Origin: Halorussus marinus
Lineage (GTDB): Archaea > Halobacteriota > Halobacteria > Halobacteriales > Haladaptataceae
Assembly: GCF_004765795.1 (NCBI RefSeq)
Contig: NZ_SBIV01000003.1
Span: 248,001-312,000, forward strand
Length of the DNA stretch: 64,000 nt
Direction: 5' to 3'
Shown here: positions 31,943-40,493 of the stretch, in pieces
Layout of the letters: every line of letters begins with the position of its first letter
Position numbering within the stretch: position 1 is the stretch's first letter
Translations under genes and position numbers: made by a program
The notes under the pieces: model-generated
The model's input: only the letters and a program-made list of their open reading frames with translations
What the model was told of the DNA's origin: nothing
Databases searched by the model: none

Positions 31943-33436
31943 ATGCGATCAAGCTTGGCAATCGCCGTCGCGCTCATGCTCGTCCTCGCGGGGTGCTCGC
32001 AGGCGCCCGGCGGGGCGACGACCACGGCGGCGGACACGACACAGCCCGAGTCCGGGGTGGAGACGACGACCGTCGACACCGAGTCGGCGGTCGTCGCGCC
32101 CGACGACCCCGATACCGACGTGCTCGGATGGGAAGACGGACGGTGGTACAACGAGACGATAAACGTCACGCCGTCCGACGGCCTCAACGACACGGAACTC
32201 GACGCCGTCGTCTCCCGGTCGATGGCTCGCGTCGAGCGGATCCGGGGGCTCGAGTTCGACGAGCGGGTGCCCGTCGAGATACAGACTCGCGAGGAGTTCC
32301 GGGCCGAGCAACGCCGCGGCTCCGGCTCGGAGAAGCGCCGGACGTTCGACAACGCGAAGTTCGAGGCCCTGTTCATGATCAACGAGTCGACCGACTCGCT
32401 CGCGATTCAGCGGCGCAACTCGGGCTCGTCGGTCGGCGGCTACTACAGCCCGACCGACGAGGAGATCGTGGTCATCTCCGACAACGTCTCGACGCCCCAA
32501 CTCGACGAGATCACCCTCTCACAAGAGCTGTTCCACGCGCTTCAGGACCAGCAGTTCGACATCTCCTCGTACAATCAGTCGACCCGCGAACTCCACAACG
32601 CCAACGACGGGCTCATCGAGGGCGACGGCAACTACGTCGACTACCTCTACGAACAGCGGTGTCGCGACGAGTGGGACGGCGACTGCCTGTTCCCGCAGTC
32701 CCCGCCCGGTGGCGGCGCCGAACTCGCCAACATCGGTCCGTACCTGCTCCGATTCCAGCCGTACAGCGACGGGCCGGCGTTCGTTCGCGGCGTCCAGCGT
32801 CGGGGCGGCTGGACGGCGGTCAACGACCTCTACGAGAACCCGCCCGCGAGCACCGAGCAGGTCATCCACCCCGACAAGTACGGCGACGACGAGCCGGCGG
32901 CCTTCGCCATCGAGGGCGCGTCCGACGACGACTGGAGTCGACTGAGGCTCGACGGGCGCCCCGACTACGCCAGCGTCGGCGAGGCCGGGCTGTTCTCGAT
33001 GTTCATGTACCCCGTCTACGCCTCGGAGGGCCAGACACAGATCGTCCCGGCCCAGTCGTTCTTCAACCGAGGAGAAGACGGTGAGATCGACCAGTTCGAC
33101 CCGTACGACTACAACAGCACCTACTCGGACGGCTGGGACGGCGACAAGCTCGCGGTCTACACCAGCGAGTCCGCCGCCGAGAACGAGACCGGCTACGTCT
33201 GGAAGACGGTCTGGGACTCCGAGGACGACGCCGCGGAGTTCGTCGAGGGCTACCGCCAGCTCCTCCGGGCGAACAACGCCACCGCGGTCGACGGCCGCAC
33301 GAACACCTGGCGCATCGAGGGCGAGTTCGCCGACGCCTTCCACGTCGACCGGGACGGCGAGACGGTCGTCGTCACCAACGCCCCGACCGTGGCGGACCTC
33401 GGCGACGTTCGGGAGGGCGCGGCGCCCGAGCAGTGA
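31943..33436 (+). CDS. Hvo_1808-family surface lipoprotein
   Basis: LAGC lipobox, DVLGWEDGRWY, MARVERIRGLEF, PPASTEQVIHP. Confidence 0.85.
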   Translation: MRSSLAIAVALMLVLAGCSQAPGGATTTAADTTQPESGVETTTVDTESAVVAPDDPDTDVLGWEDGRWYNETINVTPSDGLNDTELDAVVSRSMARVERIRGLEFDERVPVEIQTREEFRAEQRRGSGSEKRRTFDNAKFEALFMINESTDSLAIQRRNSGSSVGGYYSPTDEEIVVISDNVSTPQLDEITLSQELFHALQDQQFDISSYNQSTRELHNANDGLIEGDGNYVDYLYEQRCRDEWDGDCLFPQSPPGGGAELANIGPYLLRFQPYSDGPAFVRGVQRRGGWTAVNDLYENPPASTEQVIHPDKYGDDEPAAFAIEGASDDDWSRLRLDGRPDYASVGEAGLFSMFMYPVYASEGQTQIVPAQSFFNRGEDGEIDQFDPYDYNSTYSDGWDGDKLAVYTSESAAENETGYVWKTVWDSEDDAAEFVEGYRQLLRANNATAVDGRTNTWRIEGEFADAFHVDRDGETVVVTNAPTVADLGDVREGAAPEQ

Positions 33437-33547
33437 CCCGCGGCTGAGCGGCGCTCGCGACCGACGCGCCGTCTCGCCCGCAAGCGAGACCTTTTTCGCT
33501 CCGGCGGCGGTACCCCCGGACATGCACACTGTCCGGAGGCGGTGGCG

Positions 33548-34699
33548 ATGAGCGGCCGGTTCGACGCGATCCCGGAGGCGGCCGTCCGCGACGGGACCGC
33601 CACCGACGCGTACTTCCTGCGAACCGAGGAGACGCTCGAACGGGCCGACCGCAATCCGACAGTCGTCGCCGAGATCACGCGCGATCAGTTCCCGACCGGG
33701 GAGTTCGACCTGCTCGCGGGCGTGAAAGACGCCGCGCGACTGCTCGAAGACCTCCCGGTCGACGTCGACGCGATCAGGGAGGGGCGGCTGTTCGACGGCG
33801 GACCCGTGTTGCGGATCGAGGGCGAGTACCTCGATTTCGCGCGGTACGAGACCTCTTTGCTCGGATTCCTCTCTCACCAGAGCGCCATCGCCACCGCGGC
33901 GCTGGAGGCCCGCCGAGCCGCGCCCGACGCGTCGGTCCTGAGCTTCGGCGCGCGCCACGTCCACCCCTCGCTGGCGGGCGTGGTCGAGCGCGGCGCACTG
34001 CTCGGGGGCCTCGACGGCTTCTCGCACGTCGCGGCGGGCGAACTGCTCGGCCGGGAGGCCGGCGGCACCATGCCCCACGCGCTGGTCATCGCCTTCGGCG
34101 ATCAGGAGACCGCGTGGGAGGCGTTCGACGACGCGGTCGCGCCCGAGGTCCCCCGGATCGCGATCGCCGACACCTTCTCCGACGAGAAAGACGAGTCGCT
34201 CCGGGCGGCCGCGACTCTCGGGGACGCGCTCGACGGCGTCAGACTCGACACCACCGGCTCGCGGCGCGGGGACTTTCGTCACATCGTCCGGGAGGTCCGG
34301 TGGGAGCTCGACGCTCGGGGCCGCGAGGACGTCGACATCTTCGTCAGCGGCGGGCTCGGGCCGACCGAGCTCCGCGAGCTCCGCGATCTGGTCGACGGGT
34401 TCGGCGTCGGCGGCTACGTCAGCAACGCCGATCCGCTGGACTTCGCGCTCGACATCGTCGAACTGGACGGCGAGCCCGTCTCGAAGCGCGGGAAGCTCTC
34501 GGGGGTCAAGCAGGCGTTCCGGACGCCCGACGGCGGTCATCACGTCGGGCTCGCCGATCGCGCCGATCCCGAGGGCGGCGACCCGTTGCTCGAACCCCTG
34601 ATCCGGGACGGCGAAATCGTCCGGGAGTTCGACCTCGACGCGGCGACCGAGCGCGCACGCGAGGACGCAGACGCAGTCGGATTCCGCGAACAGGCGTAG
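33548..34699 (+). CDS. pncB: Nicotinate phosphoribosyltransferase
   Basis: ATDAYF, SFGARHVHP, GTMPHAL, GVRLDT, SGG, KRGK. Confidence 0.93.
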   Translation: MSGRFDAIPEAAVRDGTATDAYFLRTEETLERADRNPTVVAEITRDQFPTGEFDLLAGVKDAARLLEDLPVDVDAIREGRLFDGGPVLRIEGEYLDFARYETSLLGFLSHQSAIATAALEARRAAPDASVLSFGARHVHPSLAGVVERGALLGGLDGFSHVAAGELLGREAGGTMPHALVIAFGDQETAWEAFDDAVAPEVPRIAIADTFSDEKDESLRAAATLGDALDGVRLDTTGSRRGDFRHIVREVRWELDARGREDVDIFVSGGLGPTELRELRDLVDGFGVGGYVSNADPLDFALDIVELDGEPVSKRGKLSGVKQAFRTPDGGHHVGLADRADPEGGDPLLEPLIRDGEIVREFDLDAATERAREDADAVGFREQA

Positions 34700-34758
34700 C
34701 GGTGGAGTCGCGGAGCGGTCGCGGTGCGGTGGAGTCGCGGAGCGGTCGCGGTGCGGTG
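34699..34758. repeat. 27-bp tandem repeat, 2 perfect copies plus partial
   Basis: gcggtggagtcgcggagcggtcgcggt at 34699 and 34726. Confidence 0.9.
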
Positions 34759-34783
34759 CCGTTGCTGTCTAGTTAGTCGTTGT

Positions 34784-34903
34784 ACCGCGAGCGAACGGAG
34801 TGAGCGAGCGGACCAAGCGAGGACCGGAGGGACGAGCGCCGTGTTTTTGATCGAGCTTTTGCAAGGGCGGCGCGTTTATGCGCCGCCCACAGCAAAAGGT
34901 CGT
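34784..34903 (-). repeat. Dispersed palindromic intergenic repeat, copy 2
   Basis: Reverse complement aligns with 13942-14043; nested hairpin ttttgc..gggcggcgc-gtttat-gcgccgccc..gcaaaa. Confidence 0.85.
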
Positions 34904-34904
34904 G

Positions 34905-35507
34905 TTAGACCTCTTCGATCGTGCCTTCGGGCTCGCGCTCGCGGAACACCTGACCGTCGAACAGCGTCACCATCACGTCGTCGTCCTCCCACGCCCCCTT
35001 CGGGAGATTGGCCTTTCGGCACGTTCGGTCGAGATACTCGAAGACGCTCCAGTCGTTCTCGCAGGGGAGCATCGGATACATCCACGCCTGCTTGCCCCGC
35101 CCTTCGATCGCGACGCCGTGGGTGCCGAGTTCGATGTCCTCGACGGGGTCGTCGGTCAGAGTCGTATCGGTGACGATGCAGACCGAGATCTCGAGATTGG
35201 GGAGCTCCGGTGCCTCGACCTCCGAGCCACAGGAGTTGTCGCTGGCGGCGCTGATAGCCGAGTCGACGATGAGGTGGCCGAGCTGGTCAGTTCCCTCGTA
35301 GGCGCCGTCACAGCCGCGAAGCCGGCCGCGCCCCCGGGTCGACGCGAGCCGGACGAAGACGCCGGTGCGGGCGTAGAACGCTTCGCGCATGCTACCGGGC
35401 TGTTCGCGCTGACCGTTGATGACGTAGGATTCGACGGATTCGCGAGCGAGTTCAACGGCGCGTGTGCCATCCTCGTAGGAAAGGGTGACTGCCTGGGCCT
35501 GTGCCAT
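34905..35507 (-). CDS. AMMECR1-domain protein (TIGR00296-like)
   Basis: GVFVRL..GRLRGC, ELGTHGV, LDRTCRKA, GQVFRE. Confidence 0.88.
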   Translation of the reverse strand: MAQAQAVTLSYEDGTRAVELARESVESYVINGQREQPGSMREAFYARTGVFVRLASTRGRGRLRGCDGAYEGTDQLGHLIVDSAISAASDNSCGSEVEAPELPNLEISVCIVTDTTLTDDPVEDIELGTHGVAIEGRGKQAWMYPMLPCENDWSVFEYLDRTCRKANLPKGAWEDDDVMVTLFDGQVFREREPEGTIEEV

Positions 35508-35680
35508 ACAGAACACTATATGGCGGGCGATGACTTCAAGTCTTCCCTTCAATACTAAAGACGGTAATGTTCGACTACCTTTTACGTGGCAACGCTTGAC
35601 ACCGAGTAACGGGACGTTAGACGAGGCCTACCGGTCGTCGCACCGAACTGCTTAAACGGGGTCGGGCGCTACGTTCGAAC

Positions 35681-36049
35681 GGCAGAGGGAGCCGAGTTCC
35701 CGCGGCGACGCCGGCGATTCGGGTCGCCGTGAGGAAAGTCCCCCCACCGTCCGGGCGGGCGACCGGGCGCAAGCCCGGAGCGGGAGACCGCTGGCTCTGG
35801 AACAGAAACGAGACCACTCCACCCGACCGATGAGGTGCGCGAACCCCGAGGCAACGAGGGGGAGCTAACCCACCGAGGGACGCGATGTCGCGCGAGCCGT
35901 ATTGGCTCGGTCGGCACGCCGACGGTGGAGAATGGATGGAACGGCGAATCCTCGCCGGTGCAAGTCCGCGCCGCTTGGTAGCCCGGACGCTGGCGCGGAC
36001 GCTCAGCCGAATACTCGGACGAACAGAAGGGGGCTTACTCCCCTCAGCC
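35681..36049 (+). ncRNA. rnpB: Archaeal RNase P RNA
   Basis: P4 motifs GAGGAAAGTCC and AACAGAAGGGGGCTTA; complementary ends ggcagaggg/ccctcagcc; cttaaa TATA at 35651. Confidence 0.96.
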
Positions 36050-36078
36050 GACTTCGAATCGACCAGCGGCGGCGCTGG

Positions 36079-36195
36079 CTACCCGAACACGACGGCGAGG
36101 ACGATCAGCGCCGCCGCCACCTCGACTGCCAGCAGCGTCACCGCGGCCCCGATTTTCAGTGCGGTCGTCTCCGTCCCCCGGTCGAAGGTGCTCAT
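36079..36195 (-). CDS. Putative 38-aa single-TM small protein
   Basis: MSTFDRGTETTALKIGAAVTLLAVEVAAALIVLAVVFG. Confidence 0.5.
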   Translation of the reverse strand: MSTFDRGTETTALKIGAAVTLLAVEVAAALIVLAVVFG

Positions 36196-36345
36196 CCCGT
36201 TTTCGACTCGGACGCCGTCCCCCATAAGTCGGACACAAAGTTGGGAACCGTTTCCGATTCCGGCCGTTACGTAACGCAATGAACGCTCTAGAACGGTTCT
36301 ACGCCCTCGGAAATCCCTAATTAAATCGGGACGAACACAGTAGCG

Positions 36346-36366
36346 ACTCAGAATTAATATCTGAGT
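36346..36366. promoter_or_regulatory. Inverted repeat, candidate operator upstream of the metal ATPase
   Basis: ACTCAGA-attaata-TCTGAGT in an AT-rich intergenic region. Confidence 0.5.
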
Positions 36367-36449
36367 GCGGACGAGTTATTAACAAGTACCACTTTGATCG
36401 TCGAATATAGCAGGAGATTTAATAACGGACGGGCGACTACTTTCGGACG

Positions 36450-38930
36450 ATGACCGACGACTCAGACGGGCGGATCACCCTCTCGGTCCCCGAGATGGAC
36501 TGTGCTTCCTGTGCGGGGAAAGTCACCGCCAGCGTCGAGCGCCTCGACGGCGTCCGTGCGATCGACGCCGCGCCGACCACCGGGACGGTCACGGTGCGCT
36601 ACGACGCCGGTCGGACCGACGCCGAAGCCGTTCGCGAGCGCGTGCGTGCGGCGGGGTACGCGGTCGGGTCAGACGCCGGCCGGGAGAGAACGCTCCGGCT
36701 CTCGGTCCCCGAGATGGACTGTGCCTCCTGTGCGGGGAAAGTCGGGGACGCGCTCGACCGGGCGGGGGTCGCCCACGAGACGTACCCGGCGACGGGCGAG
36801 GTCGTCGTCTCCGGCGACCCCGACCGCGAGGCCGTGGTCGACGCGATCGAGAGCGCGGGCTACGCGGTCGCGGACGCGATCGACGACGCCGCCGGCCCGC
36901 AGGTCGCCGACTCGACCGCGGTCTGGACGAGTCCGCGCGGGCTCAAGACGGCGGTCGGGGCGGTGTTACTGATCGCGGGGATGGCGCTCGAGTTTCTCCT
37001 CGAGGGCGCGAACCCGCTCCTGTTCGAGGCGGTCGGCCGGGAGTTTCACGCCTCGGCGGTCCTGTTGCTCGGGGCCGCCGGGATCGCCGGCCAGCCGATC
37101 GTCCGGGGCGGCTACTACTCCGCGCGGAACCTGAGCCTCGACATCGACCTGCTGATGGGCGTGGGCGTCCTCAGCGCGGTCGCGGTCGGCCTCTACGTAG
37201 AGGCCGCCACCTTGGCGGTCCTGTTCAGCGTGGCCGAACTCCTCGAAGCGTACTCGATGGATCGGGCTCGCGATTCGGTCCGGGAGTTGATGGACCTCTC
37301 GCCCGACACCGCCACCGTCCGACGCGGGGGTGGCGAGGAGACCGTCCCCGTCGAGGAGGTCGCGGTCGGCGAGACGGTTCTCGTCAGACCCGGCGAGAAG
37401 ATCCCGGTCGACGGCGAGGTGACCGACGGGACGAGCGCGGTGAATCAGGCCCCGATCACCGGCGAGAGCGTCCCGGTCGACAAGACGCCCGGCGCCGACG
37501 TGTACGCCGGCACGGTCAACGAGGAGGGGTACCTCGAGATCGAAGCCACCGCCGAGGCCGACGAGACCACCCTCTCGCGGGTGGTCGAACTGGTCGGCGA
37601 CGCCCAGCGCGAGCGCACCGACAGCGAGCAGTTCATCGAGCGGTTCGCGCGCTACTACACGCCGATCATCGTCGCCGGGGCGCTCGTGACCGCGTTCGGT
37701 CCGCCCGCGTTCGGCGAGCCGTTCCGGCCGTGGTTCGTCCGCGGGCTGACCCTGCTGGTGGTCGCCTGCCCCTGTGCGTTCGTCATCTCGACGCCGGTCT
37801 CGGTGGTGTCGGGCGTCACCAGCGCGGCGCGCAACGGCGTGCTCGTGAAGGGCGGCCCGCACCTCGAATCGATGGGCTCGGTCGAGGCGGTCGCGTTCGA
37901 CAAGACGGGCACTCTCACCGAGGGGAACCTCGCGGTGACCGACGTGGTGGGACTCAACGGCGCCGACGAGGCCGACGTGCTGGCCCGTGCCCACGACCTC
38001 GAACGCCGGAGCGAACACCCCCTGTCGGAAGCGATCGTCGACGAGGCCCACCGTCGGGCGGACCCACACGACGGGGCCGACGGCGACCGGTCGGTCGAGA
38101 ACTTCGAGAGCCTGACCGGCAAGGGCGTCCGCGCCGACCTCGACGGAGTGACCCACTACGCCGGCAAGCCCGCGCTGTTCGCGGAGCTCGGCTTCGATCT
38201 GGAGCACGTCCACCTCTCGACCGACGGCGGTGAGAACCGCCTCGCGTCCCGGACGTCGAAGTGCGAGGACCGCGAGGACTGCCTCGACCTGCTCGCGGAC
38301 GTCGTTCCGCGATTCCAGCGCGAGGGCAAGACGGTCGTGCTCGTCGGTACCGAAGACGAACTGGAAGGCGTCGTCGCCATCGCCGACGAGGTCCGCGAGG
38401 AGGCCGCGACCGCGATCGAGCGCCTCCGAGAGCGCGGGGTGACCTGCGTCATGCTCACCGGCGACAACGAGGGGACGGCCCGCGCGGTCGCCGAGCGCGT
38501 CGGCGTCGACGAGTACCGCGCGGAACTCCTCCCCGAGGAGAAGGTCGCGGCCGTCGAGGAACTCACCGAGAGCCGGGGCGCCACCGCGATGGTCGGCGAC
38601 GGCGTCAACGACGCGCCCGCGATGGCCGCCGCGACCGTCGGGGTGGCGATGGGGGCGGCCGGCACCGACGCCGCCATCGAGACCGCCGACATCGCCCTGC
38701 TCGGCGACGACCTGCTCGCGGTGCCGTACCTCTATCGCCTCTCGCGGGCCGCCACCGGCGTGATCCGCCAGAACATCTGGGCGAGTCTCGCGGTCAAGGC
38801 GGTGCTGGCCGCGGGTGCGCCGCTCGGGCTGGTGTCGGTCGCGGCCGCCATCGTGGTCGGCGACATGGGGATGAGTCTGGCGGTGACGGGCAACGCGATG
38901 CGGCTCGCGCGCGTCGAACCCGAGGAGTAG
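36450..38930 (+). CDS. Heavy-metal P1B-type ATPase (Zn/Cd/Pb-type)
   Basis: Two HMA domains (MDCASC), TGES, CPC, DKTGTLT, SEHPL, GDGVNDAP. Confidence 0.95.
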   Translation: MTDDSDGRITLSVPEMDCASCAGKVTASVERLDGVRAIDAAPTTGTVTVRYDAGRTDAEAVRERVRAAGYAVGSDAGRERTLRLSVPEMDCASCAGKVGDALDRAGVAHETYPATGEVVVSGDPDREAVVDAIESAGYAVADAIDDAAGPQVADSTAVWTSPRGLKTAVGAVLLIAGMALEFLLEGANPLLFEAVGREFHASAVLLLGAAGIAGQPIVRGGYYSARNLSLDIDLLMGVGVLSAVAVGLYVEAATLAVLFSVAELLEAYSMDRARDSVRELMDLSPDTATVRRGGGEETVPVEEVAVGETVLVRPGEKIPVDGEVTDGTSAVNQAPITGESVPVDKTPGADVYAGTVNEEGYLEIEATAEADETTLSRVVELVGDAQRERTDSEQFIERFARYYTPIIVAGALVTAFGPPAFGEPFRPWFVRGLTLLVVACPCAFVISTPVSVVSGVTSAARNGVLVKGGPHLESMGSVEAVAFDKTGTLTEGNLAVTDVVGLNGADEADVLARAHDLERRSEHPLSEAIVDEAHRRADPHDGADGDRSVENFESLTGKGVRADLDGVTHYAGKPALFAELGFDLEHVHLSTDGGENRLASRTSKCEDREDCLDLLADVVPRFQREGKTVVLVGTEDELEGVVAIADEVREEAATAIERLRERGVTCVMLTGDNEGTARAVAERVGVDEYRAELLPEEKVAAVEELTESRGATAMVGDGVNDAPAMAAATVGVAMGAAGTDAAIETADIALLGDDLLAVPYLYRLSRAATGVIRQNIWASLAVKAVLAAGAPLGLVSVAAAIVVGDMGMSLAVTGNAMRLARVEPEE

Positions 38931-38961
38931 CCGCCGGTCGCGCTCGCCGGGAATTGCTTTC

Positions 38962-39975
38962 TCAGTCGTTCAGCGCCGGGTGGTCGGTCCGGATCTCGTC
39001 GATCAGCTCTCGTACGTCCTCGTTGGCCTCGCCGTCGGGCGCGACCGGCCGCCGGCCGTCGAACGTCTCGTGGACCTCCGCGACGCTCTCGGAGAGGGTG
39101 TCGAGCCCGTAGCCGCCTTCGAGCACGAACCCGAGCGCGGCGCCGATCTCGTCGGCGAGGTCACGCACGCGTGCGGTCAGCATCCCGTACCCGTCGGTCG
39201 AGACCCGCATCCGGGAGATCGGATCGTGGCGGTGGGCGTCGAACCCCGCGCTCACCAACACGAGTCCGGGGTCGAACTCCCGGAGAGCGGGTGCGACCAC
39301 CTCGTCGACGGCGTCGCGGTACTCGGGGTCGCCGGCACCCGCCGGGAGCGGGACGTTGAGCGTCGTACCTTCGCCCGCGTCCGTTCCGGATTCGCCGACC
39401 TCGCCCGTCCCCGGATACAGTCCCTCTTCGTGGACCGAGGCGTAGAACACGTCGCCGACGTCGTAGAAGATGTCCTGGGTCCCGTTGCCGTGGTGGACGT
39501 CCCAGTCGAAGATGGCGACCCGCGAGACGCTCCGCGAGTCGATGACGTGACGGGCCGCGACCGCCGCGTTGTTGAAAAAGCAAAACCCCATCGCGTCGTC
39601 GCCGACCGCGTGGTGGCCCGGCGGCCGGCCGATCGAGAACGGCGTCTCGCGGCCGTCGACGCCGTCGAGCGCCGTCTCGGCAGACCACTGGGCGAGCCCC
39701 GCCGACCGGAGCGCGGCCTCCCACGTCGCCTCCACGGCGACGGTGTCGGGGTCCCAGTTGCCGCCGCCGGACTCGCAGAACTCCCGGAACTCCGCGACGT
39801 AGTCGGGGTCGTGGACGGCTTCCACCGCGGCGCGGGACGCGGGGTCGGCCTCGACGTACTCGACGCCGTGTTTGCGAGCCAGTAGCTCCCGTATCGCACG
39901 CAGACGGTCGGGGGTTTCGGGGTGTCGCCCGCCCGTGTCGTGGGCGAGACACGCCTCGCTGTAGCCGAACTTCAT
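38962..39975 (-). CDS. hdaI: Histone deacetylase family protein
   Basis: HPETPDRL, RPPGHHA, GFCFFNN, DWDVHHGNGTQ, SAGFDAH, LEGGY; overlaps histone stop. Confidence 0.93.
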   Translation of the reverse strand: MKFGYSEACLAHDTGGRHPETPDRLRAIRELLARKHGVEYVEADPASRAAVEAVHDPDYVAEFREFCESGGGNWDPDTVAVEATWEAALRSAGLAQWSAETALDGVDGRETPFSIGRPPGHHAVGDDAMGFCFFNNAAVAARHVIDSRSVSRVAIFDWDVHHGNGTQDIFYDVGDVFYASVHEEGLYPGTGEVGESGTDAGEGTTLNVPLPAGAGDPEYRDAVDEVVAPALREFDPGLVLVSAGFDAHRHDPISRMRVSTDGYGMLTARVRDLADEIGAALGFVLEGGYGLDTLSESVAEVHETFDGRRPVAPDGEANEDVRELIDEIRTDHPALND

Positions 39976-40403
39976 TCGAAGAGCTTGAAGTACGTCTCGA
40001 TGTCCTCGGCCTTAACAGTTCGCCGGTCGGCGTGACGCGCGAGGGTCGCGGCCGCCGTGGCGACGTTGTCGGCGTAGTCTTCGAGGATGTCCGCCAGCGC
40101 GATCCGGGCGTCCATCGCGACCCGGTAGTCGTCGCCGATGTCGAGCCGCGCGATCCGGTCGACGGGCGCGACCGGGAGTTCGAGCTCGTCCTTGTCGACG
40201 ACCTGCTCGACGCCGAAGTCGCCGCTCATCAGCGTCTTGCGGCCGTCGTCGTTCGCGCGCTCGGCGGCGTCGGCCGCCAGCTCGGCGCCGTGGCGCTGGA
40301 TGCGTCGGGCCAGTTCCTCGGCGGCGTCGGCGCTGACTCGGAGGTCCCCCGCGTTCCGTCGAATGATAGCATCGACCGGTGCAAACGGCAGCTCGACGCT
40401 CAT
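39972..40403 (-). CDS. hstA: Haloarchaeal tandem-fold histone
   Basis: ELPFAPVDAIIR..RVS..GRKT and ELPVAPVDRIAR..HADRRTVKAEDI. Confidence 0.95.
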   Translation of the reverse strand: MSVELPFAPVDAIIRRNAGDLRVSADAAEELARRIQRHGAELAADAAERANDDGRKTLMSGDFGVEQVVDKDELELPVAPVDRIARLDIGDDYRVAMDARIALADILEDYADNVATAAATLARHADRRTVKAEDIETYFKLFE

Positions 40404-40493
40404 ACCCGAATCCGGGTATCTCGCGCCCTTAGTTCTTTCCGTCGCGTCTTTCGAGGTCCCTGCCGGCGTCTCTCGGCCCACCGGCGTGCGCGG

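Noticed and set aside
34699..34758. 27-bp repeats as a mini-CRISPR
   Set aside because: Head-to-tail copies with no spacer.
35669..36282. ORFs overlapping 35681-36049
   Set aside because: The region is the RNase P RNA gene.
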